Virus record (IMG/VR): IMGVR_UViG_3300006920_000143
Span: 1-32,016 of that record
DNA length: 32,016 nt
Reading direction: 5' to 3' (one strand)
DNA from: a virus
Lineage: Duplodnaviria > Caudoviricetes
The notes under the pieces are model-generated. The model was not told where the DNA came from and did not search any database. It saw only the letters and a program-made list of their open reading frames with translations. The translations under genes and the position numbers were made by a program. Of this stretch, positions 17,229-24,398 are shown piece after piece. Each line of letters starts with the position of its first letter. Within the stretch, counting starts at the first letter, position 1.

Positions 17229-17404
17229 TACTTAAACCTCTTGATCGGTGTCACGTTGTCGGTTACCGTCTGTTCCTCAAGCTTCGCGGTCTTCGCCAAC
17301 TCAGCCTGAATCTTTCTAAACCGTTTACGTATATCGGTCTTAGCAGCTGGTACCCACTTAAACTCAGAATCTAAAATGTTAAAACTAGGTGTCTTCTTAA
17401 TCAT
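17228..17404 (-). CDS. Hypothetical protein (58 aa), first gene of the leftward operon
   Basis: AGGAGG RBS before ATG 17404; MIKKTPSFNILDSEFKWVPAAKTDIRKRF. Confidence 0.65.
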   Translation of the reverse strand: MIKKTPSFNILDSEFKWVPAAKTDIRKRFRKIQAELAKTAKLEEQTVTDNVTPIKRFK

Positions 17405-17427
17405 GTGTCCTCCTACAAGTGAAGGGC

Positions 17428-17508
17428 ATGATAGCATAGCTATCGGACACTGCAAGTCTTTTTTTGTACAATTTTGAGCTTGCGTTCATTTGATAGTATC
17501 GCTATCAT
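17428..17508. promoter_or_regulatory. Divergent sigma70 promoters with palindromic operators (GATAG-N5-CTATC)
   Basis: Rightward TTGCGT(17480)-N17-TATCAT(17503); leftward TTGCAG(17455)-N16-TATCAT(17433). Palindromes at 17430-17444 and 17491-17507 overlap the two -10 boxes. Confidence 0.7.
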
Positions 17509-17516
17509 CCAAAGCC

Positions 17517-17741
17517 ATGAAACCTATCCAAATAATTCGTAAGCTCGGTGGTCCCACAGTAGTGGGCAAGTATCTAGGAATCCGCAGTCAAGCGGTAAGC
17601 CTGTGGTGTAGAAACAACAGAATACCTGCGGACCGTGTGCCGGCATTGGAAAAGCTGGCTCGCGATCTGGGGTTAGCTATTAGGGCCGAGCAGATGCGGC
17701 CTGACATTGCATGGCATGTACTGAGACAAGGCAAAAAATGA
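17517..17741 (+). CDS. cro: Cro/YdaS-family repressor
   Basis: IIRKLGG..VGKYLGIRSQAVSLW...IP..R....E......MRPDI.W; first gene after the rightward promoter. Confidence 0.85.
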   Translation: MKPIQIIRKLGGPTVVGKYLGIRSQAVSLWCRNNRIPADRVPALEKLARDLGLAIRAEQMRPDIAWHVLRQGKK

Positions 17742-17932
17742 CCGAGATAAAACTGTTCCTTACGATAGACATTATTCGAGCGGTGCTGGGAGGCGGGGAG
17801 ATTCATTGCCCGCTGGAAGAGGAGGGGATTGAGCTTGTGTTGCTCTGTAAGCCAGAGACACAGGACCAGTTTAAGAACGAGGTGCAGAGGGCGATGTTGC
17901 GCTACCTACCCCCTGCTCCGAACAAACATTAA
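17738..17932 (+). CDS. Hypothetical protein (64 aa)
   Basis: ATGA overlap with cro. Confidence 0.6.
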   Translation: MTEIKLFLTIDIIRAVLGGGEIHCPLEEEGIELVLLCKPETQDQFKNEVQRAMLRYLPPAPNKH

Positions 17933-17949
17933 CAATTGTCATGACAAGT

Positions 17950-17986
17950 CTCTGCTTAGCAGAGGGTAACCGCTGCTTAGCAGCGG
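17950..17986. repeat. Two tandem palindromes sharing the core CTGCTTAGCAG
   Basis: CTCTGCTTAGCAGAG (17950-17964) and CCGCTGCTTAGCAGCGG (17970-17986); cores are 21 bp apart. Confidence 0.75.
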
Positions 17987-18005
17987 ATAGGCAAAAAGGA
18001 AAGAA

Positions 18006-18236
18006 ATGACACGAGATGACATTATTCGCATGGCGCGGGAGGCTGGATTTGAGTCGAACTCATTGGGTATGACTTATACAAGCGGATCGCTTTTAGATTT
18101 GCTTGAACGCTTTGCTGAATTAGTCGCAGCAGCGGAGCGTGAGGCGTGTGCGAAGGTTTGTGGAGAAGTTGGGGAGCACCCATCACTAACTCCAAGGCAT
18201 TGTGCAGAAGCTATCCGCGCAAGGGGGCAGGTATGA
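18006..18236 (+). CDS. Hypothetical phage protein (MTRDDIIRMAREAG...AAAEREACAK type)
   Basis: AAGGA RBS; motif common in small phage genes. Confidence 0.7.
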   Translation: MTRDDIIRMAREAGFESNSLGMTYTSGSLLDLLERFAELVAAAEREACAKVCGEVGEHPSLTPRHCAEAIRARGQV

Positions 18237-18574
18237 ATAACAACCAATCGGAAGCACTGAGGTGGGCAAATATATTAACGCTAAATGTCGGAAGTCAACT
18301 TATAAATCGTAAACAAGCCGCTGCCGAACTACGCCGACTGCATGAAGAAAACCAGCAATGGCAAGAGAAGTGCAATACGTACATTCAAATACATGATGCT
18401 GTAGTTAAAGATAATGAACGATTGCATGAGATGAACGCGGAGTTGGTGGAGGCGCTGGAGAAAGCATTGTACGGATTGAAGTATCACACTTCTCAAACAG
18501 GCTCGCTGCGCCTTACAAATGGTGTCATGCAAGTAGTCAACGATGCGCTCGCCAAAGCGGAGGGGAAAGAATGA
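18233..18574 (+). CDS. Hypothetical coiled-coil protein
   Basis: Start ATG 18233 by ATGA coupling; AAAELRRLH...LVEALE...ALAKAEG. Confidence 0.65.
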   Translation: MNNNQSEALRWANILTLNVGSQLINRKQAAAELRRLHEENQQWQEKCNTYIQIHDAVVKDNERLHEMNAELVEALEKALYGLKYHTSQTGSLRLTNGVMQVVNDALAKAEGKE

Positions 18575-18705
18575 GCAACCTGTGGATTAATTGGCGCTTT
18601 GGTGCGCGGCATTTACAAATTGGGCCTGATCGTCCGTGGGTTACGTTTCGCGTAAACCCGTTTTGGGTGGAAAACAAACCTACTAAATGGTTTGAGGTGC
18701 ATTGA
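18571..18705 (+). CDS. Trp-rich small protein (44 aa), not in the ORF track
   Basis: MSNLWINWRFGARHLQIGPDRPWVTFRVNPFWVENKPTKWFEVH; coupled at both ends. Confidence 0.55.
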   Translation: MSNLWINWRFGARHLQIGPDRPWVTFRVNPFWVENKPTKWFEVH

Positions 18706-19088
18706 TGAATAACGACAGAGAACTATTGCAGCAGGCGTTGGATGCGTTGCAGGGAAATTGGCGAACCGATGAAAGCGATAAAGCAATCGAAGCACTACGC
18801 GCAGCACTAGCGCAGCCTGAACCGAAGCCGGTGGCGTGGATGTTGACAGAACTTGATGGCACTCCATTGATTGATTGTGGCGATTTGGTTGTTAAGCAGC
18901 GCCCAGTTTTAGTAAGCGACAAAACGGACTGCATACCACTCTACACCGCCCCACCACAGCGCGAATGGCAGGGGCTGACGGATGAGGAGATACGCGAAGG
19001 TAATAGAGAAAGTTGGGTAACTACACAAGCGTGGGAATCTGCGGTTTGGTGGGCTGAATCCAAGCTAAAGGAGAAGAATAGTGGATGA
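18705..19088 (+). CDS. Mosaic small protein, cassette array member
   Basis: LLQQALDAL..ALRAALAQPEPKPVAW..PLYTAPPQREWQGLTDEEI..ESKLKEKN. Confidence 0.7.
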   Translation: MNNDRELLQQALDALQGNWRTDESDKAIEALRAALAQPEPKPVAWMLTELDGTPLIDCGDLVVKQRPVLVSDKTDCIPLYTAPPQREWQGLTDEEIREGNRESWVTTQAWESAVWWAESKLKEKNSG

Positions 19089-19359
19089 CTATGACGTTGT
19101 AATTGACGCGCTACAAAAACACAGAGACAGGCTTTGGGACATGACCAATCGAAACATGAACTCAGAGTACTTTCCTTTAAACATAATGGATGAAATTCGT
19201 TTATTTGAGCAGCTTGATGCAGCAATAACGGCACGTAAAAATAAGAAAGAATGGGTTGGGCTGACGGATGAGGAGATAGAACAGATTGTTGATCATTGGA
19301 ATGACCCTGCGATGTTTATTGATGCCATCGAAGCAAAACTAAAGGAGAAGAACACATGA
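19081..19359 (+). CDS. Mosaic small protein, cassette array member
   Basis: GTG start after AAGGAG; ends EWVGLTDEEI...IEAKLKEKNT. Confidence 0.7.
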   Translation: MDDYDVVIDALQKHRDRLWDMTNRNMNSEYFPLNIMDEIRLFEQLDAAITARKNKKEWVGLTDEEIEQIVDHWNDPAMFIDAIEAKLKEKNT

Positions 19360-19556
19360 CATGGCAAGTATGGACAAACATAATGCAGAAGAACGGGGCT
19401 TCAACTCATGTGGTTCCGTTAAACGATCTTCGAGAACACGCAGAAGAAGCGACGTGCTGGTGTAACCCGCGAGTTGACGAGGAGTTGAACTTAGTTACGC
19501 ACAACAGCGCAGACAATAGAGAGGCGTTTGAAACAGGGGAAAGGAAGCCGACATGA
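19356..19556 (+). CDS. Hypothetical His/Cys-containing protein
   Basis: HVVP.ND..EH.....CWCNP........HNS.D.RE, possibly metal-binding. Confidence 0.65.
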   Translation: MTWQVWTNIMQKNGASTHVVPLNDLREHAEEATCWCNPRVDEELNLVTHNSADNREAFETGERKPT

Positions 19557-20035
19557 CTGATAAAGAAGTAATGCAAATGGCGCTTGAAACAGCCGAACAA
19601 ATAGCCAGCGCAGATTATCGGCATTGGGGAGAACTTGCGTCGCTTGGTGAGTTTGAAAGATGGGCAAGATCACGCGCAAACCATATTGCGGAAGCACTAC
19701 GCGCCAGACTATCGCAGCCTGAACCGGAGCCTGAAAAAAGCCAAGACAAACCATGCGTTGAAGATGATGGATGTCCGACAGAGAAAGCGGTGCTGCAAAG
19801 ATTTTGGCGAGAGCATCAAGCGCAGCCAGAGCAGGAACCGGTGGGCATTAACAAAGTTATTATAGATTCAATACGTGATTCGTCGGAAATTGTAGCGCCA
19901 CCGCAGCGCGAATGGGTTGGGCTGACTGATAATGAATATGAATTGATGGCAGAAAAACGCGTTACGAACTATTTTTTTAATACTTTAGATTATGCCCATG
20001 ACATTGAAGCCAAGCTAAAGGAGAAGAACACATGA
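19553..20035 (+). CDS. Mosaic small protein, cassette array member
   Basis: MQMALE..ALRARLSQPEPEP..QPEQEPVG..APPQREWVGLTD..IEAKLKEKNT. Confidence 0.7.
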   Translation: MTDKEVMQMALETAEQIASADYRHWGELASLGEFERWARSRANHIAEALRARLSQPEPEPEKSQDKPCVEDDGCPTEKAVLQRFWREHQAQPEQEPVGINKVIIDSIRDSSEIVAPPQREWVGLTDNEYELMAEKRVTNYFFNTLDYAHDIEAKLKEKNT

Positions 20036-20331
20036 ACAATATCCAGAAAATGAAAAATGTATTAGAGGCACAAGGGCAGCGCGGGACATGGGACTACGAT
20101 CCATATATGCAAGGAATGTACAACGGCATGGAATTGATGATGGCCTTAGCTGAAGGACGTGATCCTGACTACAAAGAAGCGCCGGAGGAATGGCTTGGTA
20201 CGCAAGAAAAATACATGGAGTTGTTGTATGCAGTAGCAAGTAAATTTCCCGACGAGACGCGTCATCAAACTGCTTTACGTTATATTAAAAACGCCGAGTC
20301 TCACACAGATATGAAGGAGAAGAACGCATGA
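20032..20331 (+). CDS. Hypothetical protein
   Basis: GTWDYDPYMQGMYNGMEL and YAVASKFPDETRHQTALRYI segments; ends KEKNA. Confidence 0.65.
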   Translation: MNNIQKMKNVLEAQGQRGTWDYDPYMQGMYNGMELMMALAEGRDPDYKEAPEEWLGTQEKYMELLYAVASKFPDETRHQTALRYIKNAESHTDMKEKNA

Positions 20332-20654
20332 TAGAAAGATTAATGTGCGCACTGTTCGGTCATAAGTACATAACGCAATTGACGTTTAGTCCCACGTCGC
20401 GCAAGGTTGGATGCACTCGATGCGAAAGGGAATGGGCGATGAATGATTCTGTTCGCGCATTTGTGGATTGGAGCGGCGAGTTTGAAGAACTATACAAATT
20501 TAATGGGCAGTGGCCTCAGTCTAAAGAATGGGTTGGGCTGACTGATGATGAGATTGCTATTTTATGGAAGGCAACGCCTTTGGTTGTTGGCGTTTATGGC
20601 TATACAGATATTGCGCGTGAAGTAGAAGCCAAACTAAAGGAGAAGAATGGATGA
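20328..20654 (+). CDS. Mosaic small protein with C..FGH...CxRC metal-binding-like N-terminus
   Basis: LMCALFGHKY...CTRC; ends EWVGLTDDEI...VEAKLKEKNG. Confidence 0.7.
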   Translation: MIERLMCALFGHKYITQLTFSPTSRKVGCTRCEREWAMNDSVRAFVDWSGEFEELYKFNGQWPQSKEWVGLTDDEIAILWKATPLVVGVYGYTDIAREVEAKLKEKNG

Positions 20655-20857
20655 CTAATTCAGTACCAGAACAACTGGCAAAGTATGTAGCGCAGCTTGT
20701 GCAAGGAACACATGAAATTACCAGCGTTACCATTCAACCTAAACGCACATGGGCTGGGCTGAGGGATAAAGAGATTGAAGATTGCTTAGAAATGAGTATT
20801 CAAGGAACGTGCCGCGCCATTGAAGCCAAGCTAAAGGAGAAGAACAATGCCGATTAA
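20651..20857 (+). CDS. Mosaic small protein, cassette array member
   Basis: Ends TWAGLRDKEI...IEAKLKEKN. Confidence 0.65.
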   Translation: MTNSVPEQLAKYVAQLVQGTHEITSVTIQPKRTWAGLRDKEIEDCLEMSIQGTCRAIEAKLKEKNNAD

Positions 20858-21029
20858 ACCGCACCCGACTGACCCGGACAAAATGGTCTACGTTAAAAGC
20901 GAGTACAACCTGCCTAAAGAATGGGTTGGGCTGACTGAAGATGAGAAGCACAGCGCAATCTGGACAGGCGGCGAATTTGGCGATGGAGTGCTATGGGCAG
21001 AAAAGTTATTAAAGGAGCGAAACACATGA
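20847..21029 (+). CDS. Mosaic small protein, cassette array member
   Basis: Ends EWVGLTEDEK...WAEKLLKERNT. Confidence 0.65.
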   Translation: MPIKPHPTDPDKMVYVKSEYNLPKEWVGLTEDEKHSAIWTGGEFGDGVLWAEKLLKERNT

Positions 21030-21190
21030 CTAAAGACGACGCATTAAAGATGGCGCTCAAGATTTTGACGGAGCAGGAAGTTGAACTAGACGATGATTGC
21101 GGCCATCCCGATTGCCAAGAGTGCCAGTACGGTAACCAATTGCGCGAAGCGATTGCGGCAATTAAAGAGGCGCTGGGGGAGAGCACATGA
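21026..21190 (+). CDS. Hypothetical protein (54 aa)
   Basis: MTKDDALKMAL...CGHPDCQEC...AIAAIKEAL; ATGA coupled. Confidence 0.6.
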   Translation: MTKDDALKMALKILTEQEVELDDDCGHPDCQECQYGNQLREAIAAIKEALGEST

Positions 21191-21336
21191 GTTACGAACC
21201 TGTTAAGCAAGTAAGTACGCTTACTAAACAAGAACTAGCAGGCGCGTTGTACGCTGCGGAATCTAAGATATCAGAGCTTAGTAAAGAAGTGCGTAGGTTG
21301 CAAGAAACAATACTAAAACTTAGAGAACTCGCATAG
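21187..21336 (+). CDS. Small coiled-coil protein (49 aa), not in the ORF track
   Basis: MSYEPVKQVSTLTKQELAGALYAAESKISELSKEVRRLQETILKLRELA; ATGA coupled. Confidence 0.5.
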   Translation: MSYEPVKQVSTLTKQELAGALYAAESKISELSKEVRRLQETILKLRELA

Positions 21337-21345
21337 CATTGCTAT
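21333..21345. promoter_or_regulatory. Possible third operator copy
   Basis: ATAGCATTGCTAT matches 12 of 13 bases of ATAGCATAGCTAT at 17431-17443. Confidence 0.45.
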
Positions 21346-21531
21346 ATGGTTCTAGTTAACGACGGATTAGATAGGACGTACACAGTCTTAAACGACCAAG
21401 GAGTCGTACTGCTAATTTGTCGTGACTACTCGATGGCGAAGTATGTATCGGATGCAAGCAAGGGCGTACCGGCTAACCAGCGAATCATCGTTGGCACGCC
21501 GCATAAGAAAATAAAGGCAAGAAAATTATGA
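21346..21531 (+). CDS. Hypothetical protein
   Basis: Fills the gap before the primase, ATGA overlap with it; no clear RBS. Confidence 0.5.
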   Translation: MVLVNDGLDRTYTVLNDQGVVLLICRDYSMAKYVSDASKGVPANQRIIVGTPHKKIKARKL

Positions 21532-23897
21532 ACAGACCACCAGCATTACCGTTTAAATGGGGATCAGTACCGGAAGACCTGAAGTCGATCCCGAGATGGG
21601 TCCTTTGGCGTTACGTTAAGAAGACCAAGCCGAACGGTACCTATGTCTGGGCGAAGGTCCCATTCGGTATTGACGGCAAGCCAGCGTCATCGACCGACCC
21701 ACGTACATGGGCCACCTATGACGAGGCCGCTGACTACCTAATATTCAACGACTTCGACGGCCTCGGTATCGTGCTCGGTGACGACTTGCATGGTATCGAC
21801 CTCGACGACTGTCGGGACCCCGTCACGGGGAAGTTGACAGACTTCGCTCAGGAAGTGCTAGACAAGGTCGACGGTTATGCAGAGGTGTCGCCGTCAGGTA
21901 CCGGCATTAAGATATTCAGCCACACGAACCTCGACTCGTCGCGCACCAAGAAAGAATTCGGTGTCGAGCTATACAGAGACGGGCGTTATTTCACCGTCAC
22001 CGGTCACCAGCTCGAAGGCCACGGTCACCTGCCAGTTAGCCAGCAGGACCTTAACTGGATGGTCAAGAAGGTCTGGGGTGAGGGGATGTCAGCGCCGGTG
22101 GCTAATGGTGGCAGTGGTGATGGCATCGCCTCGCTTGCTCTCTACCGGCCAGTGCTCGACGGCTGGGACTTGGACAGAGTGATCGACGAAGTGCTGCCCC
22201 ACATCGACCCCGATGACGGTTACGCTGAGTGGCTGTCTGTCGGCGCCGCGCTACACCACCAAGGTGAAGGCGACCCGGCATGGCTAGACGCTTGGGATAA
22301 CTGGAGCGCAGGCTCGGGGAAGTGGATCGAGGGGGTGTGCGCGGCAAAGTGGGGGTCGTTTAGCACGCAACGGTCGCAAGGTCGTGGAGCCGTGACATTG
22401 GCCACCCTTCTCAAGAAGACCAAGGACGCGAGGCAGGTCGCGATCAAGGTAGACAGAGACGCGGTAATGCTCGATTTGAGCCAGCAGGTGTCAGCCTGCA
22501 CAGACCCGAAAGACTTACAGGAAAAGATCGCAGCTTCGGCAGCTAACAATGGCGGCCTGTCAGACGTAGAGCGTGAGCAGCTGGCAGCCGCGATACAGGT
22601 CAAGGCCAAGGAGCTGGGAGTCAAGCTGACCATCTCCACCGTACGTGGGTGGGTCCGGTCGCGGGTTGGTAACGGCGGGGGCGGGGGTGGCGGCTTGGGC
22701 AGTGGGGGCGGGTTCGTCCACCTCAACGACGAAGGGCATCCACTGTGCACAATCGAAAACATGCGTGCCTTGATCGAGCAGCTGGGTTGGCGCGTGCGTT
22801 ATAACGTCATCAAGAAAGCAATCGAGATACTGATCCCGAACCAGTCGTTCACCCGAGACAACCGAGACAATGCTGCCCTCGCTTGCATGCTCTCAGAGTG
22901 CGAACGCGTACGCATGCCAACCAAGCACGTCGCTCAGTTCTTAATCAAGATCGCAGACGAGAACCAATTCAACCCGGTCACTACGTGGATTAGCGGTGTG
23001 CCTTGGGACGGCGTGTCCAGACTCGAGAAGTTCTACGCGACAGTCGTATCCAAGTCGCCGATCAAATCCAAGCTGATGCGCAAGTGGATGATTCAAGCAG
23101 TGGCAGCAGCATTCAGCCCGGACGGTATCGCAGGTCAAGGGATTCTGACTTTCGTCGGTCCCCAGAACATCGGTAAGACAACATGGTTCCAGAGGCTTGC
23201 ACCGCCTGAGCTTGATGTCATCCTGACCGGCCACACTCTGGACCTGAAGTCGAAGGACTCGATCTTTATCGTCCTGACCTATTGGATCGTCGAGCTGGGC
23301 GAGCTCGATGCCACGTTCCAGAAGAGCGTCATCTCAGCATTGAAGGCTTTCATCACTCAGCTAGTAGACAAGATTCGTCGGCCGTATGCAGCAGTCGAGT
23401 CGTGCTTTGGTCGTCGCACGGTGTTCGGGGGAAGCGTAAACGAGCCTTGGTTTCTAGGCGATAAGACCGGGAGTCGGCGTATTTTAACCGTGCCTGCCGA
23501 TGGGTTCATACTTGATGGGGAGCTCGACATGCAGCAAGTTTGGGCTGAATTCCACTCGATCTGGACAGCCGGCGAAGGCTTCAATCTGTCGATGGAAGAC
23601 GTCGCAGAACTTGCAATTCACAACGAGGATTTCACCGTAATTGACCCCATTGAAGAGCGAATTGCAGCCGGATTTGACTGGGAAAAAGGGGGTAACCTGC
23701 AGGGTAACGGGGGTAACCTGTGGGAATGGGTCACCGCAACAGAGGCTTTAATGCGTGTTGGAGTCAAAGACCCGACCAGAGGTGAAGCAATGTCGGCAAG
23801 TTTTGCGTTGAGAAAATTGAACGGAGGACAGAGTCGAAAGTCGCACGGCCGACAATTGCTTGCTGTACCAGCAACATTTATTGAGGATATGGGGTAA
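21528..23897 (+). CDS. Primase-helicase: primase-polymerase domain, PriCT-2 domain and VirE/VapE-like P-loop ATPase
   Basis: WVLW..K.P..DP.TW..GIDLDDC..YAEVSPSGTG..RYFTVTG; Y.EWL.VG.ALH..W..WS..S.K; GPQNIGKT, IVELGELD, TGSRR. Confidence 0.9.
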   Translation: MNRPPALPFKWGSVPEDLKSIPRWVLWRYVKKTKPNGTYVWAKVPFGIDGKPASSTDPRTWATYDEAADYLIFNDFDGLGIVLGDDLHGIDLDDCRDPVTGKLTDFAQEVLDKVDGYAEVSPSGTGIKIFSHTNLDSSRTKKEFGVELYRDGRYFTVTGHQLEGHGHLPVSQQDLNWMVKKVWGEGMSAPVANGGSGDGIASLALYRPVLDGWDLDRVIDEVLPHIDPDDGYAEWLSVGAALHHQGEGDPAWLDAWDNWSAGSGKWIEGVCAAKWGSFSTQRSQGRGAVTLATLLKKTKDARQVAIKVDRDAVMLDLSQQVSACTDPKDLQEKIAASAANNGGLSDVEREQLAAAIQVKAKELGVKLTISTVRGWVRSRVGNGGGGGGGLGSGGGFVHLNDEGHPLCTIENMRALIEQLGWRVRYNVIKKAIEILIPNQSFTRDNRDNAALACMLSECERVRMPTKHVAQFLIKIADENQFNPVTTWISGVPWDGVSRLEKFYATVVSKSPIKSKLMRKWMIQAVAAAFSPDGIAGQGILTFVGPQNIGKTTWFQRLAPPELDVILTGHTLDLKSKDSIFIVLTYWIVELGELDATFQKSVISALKAFITQLVDKIRRPYAAVESCFGRRTVFGGSVNEPWFLGDKTGSRRILTVPADGFILDGELDMQQVWAEFHSIWTAGEGFNLSMEDVAELAIHNEDFTVIDPIEERIAAGFDWEKGGNLQGNGGNLWEWVTATEALMRVGVKDPTRGEAMSASFALRKLNGGQSRKSHGRQLLAVPATFIEDMG

Positions 23898-24091
23898 CTG
23901 GGGTAACTTAGGGGGTAACCTTAAAAACAAGTTACCCCCGCCAAAACCGTTGCCAGTCATAGGTTATAGCCTAATAGGGTAACTGGGGTAACCTACTTTC
24001 TATATATTATAGGGATGAGTATATATAAATAAAAGTATGTAGTTATCCTATATATGTATAGAACGCCCTCCCCGGATACCCCAGTTACCCC
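23688..24091. repeat. Putative replication origin: GGGTAAC iterons around an AT-rich tract
   Basis: Direct copies at 23688, 23702, 23709, 23891, 23900, 23911, 23977, 23985; inverted copies at 23931 and 24084, degenerate at 24074; AT-rich tract ~23995-24060. Confidence 0.8.
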
Positions 24092-24101
24092 GTATATCAA
24101 A

Positions 24102-24398
24102 ATGACAATACTTGAGAGTAAGCTGGAAAAGAGGTTGCGTGACCGGGTTAAGAAGGCCGGCGGGCTGGCTTTGAAGTGGGTCTCACCGAGCTTTTCGGGG
24201 GTCCCGGATCGGATCGTGTTCTTGCCAGAAGGTAAGATCATTTTTGTTGAAATGAAAGCACCCGGCAAGAAAGCCACAGCATTGCAAATTAAGGTTCATG
24301 CGATGTTGATAAGTTTAGGGGCTGACGTACGTACAATTGACTCAGAGGAAAAGATCGATGGAATTTTTACCAAGGGCATACCAGCAGCAGGCGATTGA
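24102..24398 (+). CDS. VRR-NUC domain nuclease
   Basis: ES.LE......VK..GG...KWVSP...GVPDRIV....IIFVEMKAPG.....LQ; start ATG 24102. Confidence 0.9.
   Translation: MTILESKLEKRLRDRVKKAGGLALKWVSPSFSGVPDRIVFLPEGKIIFVEMKAPGKKATALQIKVHAMLISLGADVRTIDSEEKIDGIFTKGIPAAGD

Larger units (their letters stand above)
18963..21029 (+). repeat. Dispersed paired direct repeats: GAATGGGTTGGGCTGAC-like (6 copies) and GAAGCCAAGCTAAAGGAGAAGAAC-like (6 full plus 1 partial copy)
   Basis: Repeat 1 at ~18963, 19249, 19910, 20526, 20748, 20919; repeat 2 at ~19056, 19330, 20006, 20314 (partial), 20625, 20822, 21000. Confidence 0.9.

Noticed and set aside
18963-21029. CRISPR array or diversity-generating retroelement explanation for the repeats
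   Set aside because: The repeats are in-frame coding, degenerate and irregularly spaced. There are no cas or reverse transcriptase genes and no adenine-specific TR/VR pair.
22670-22712. G-rich run as a G-quadruplex or repeat element
   Set aside because: Explained by a poly-Gly interdomain linker in the primase; no further support.
24054-24101. N-terminal extension of VRR-NUC in the ORF track
   Set aside because: It runs through origin iterons; the recognisable domain begins at ATG 24102.
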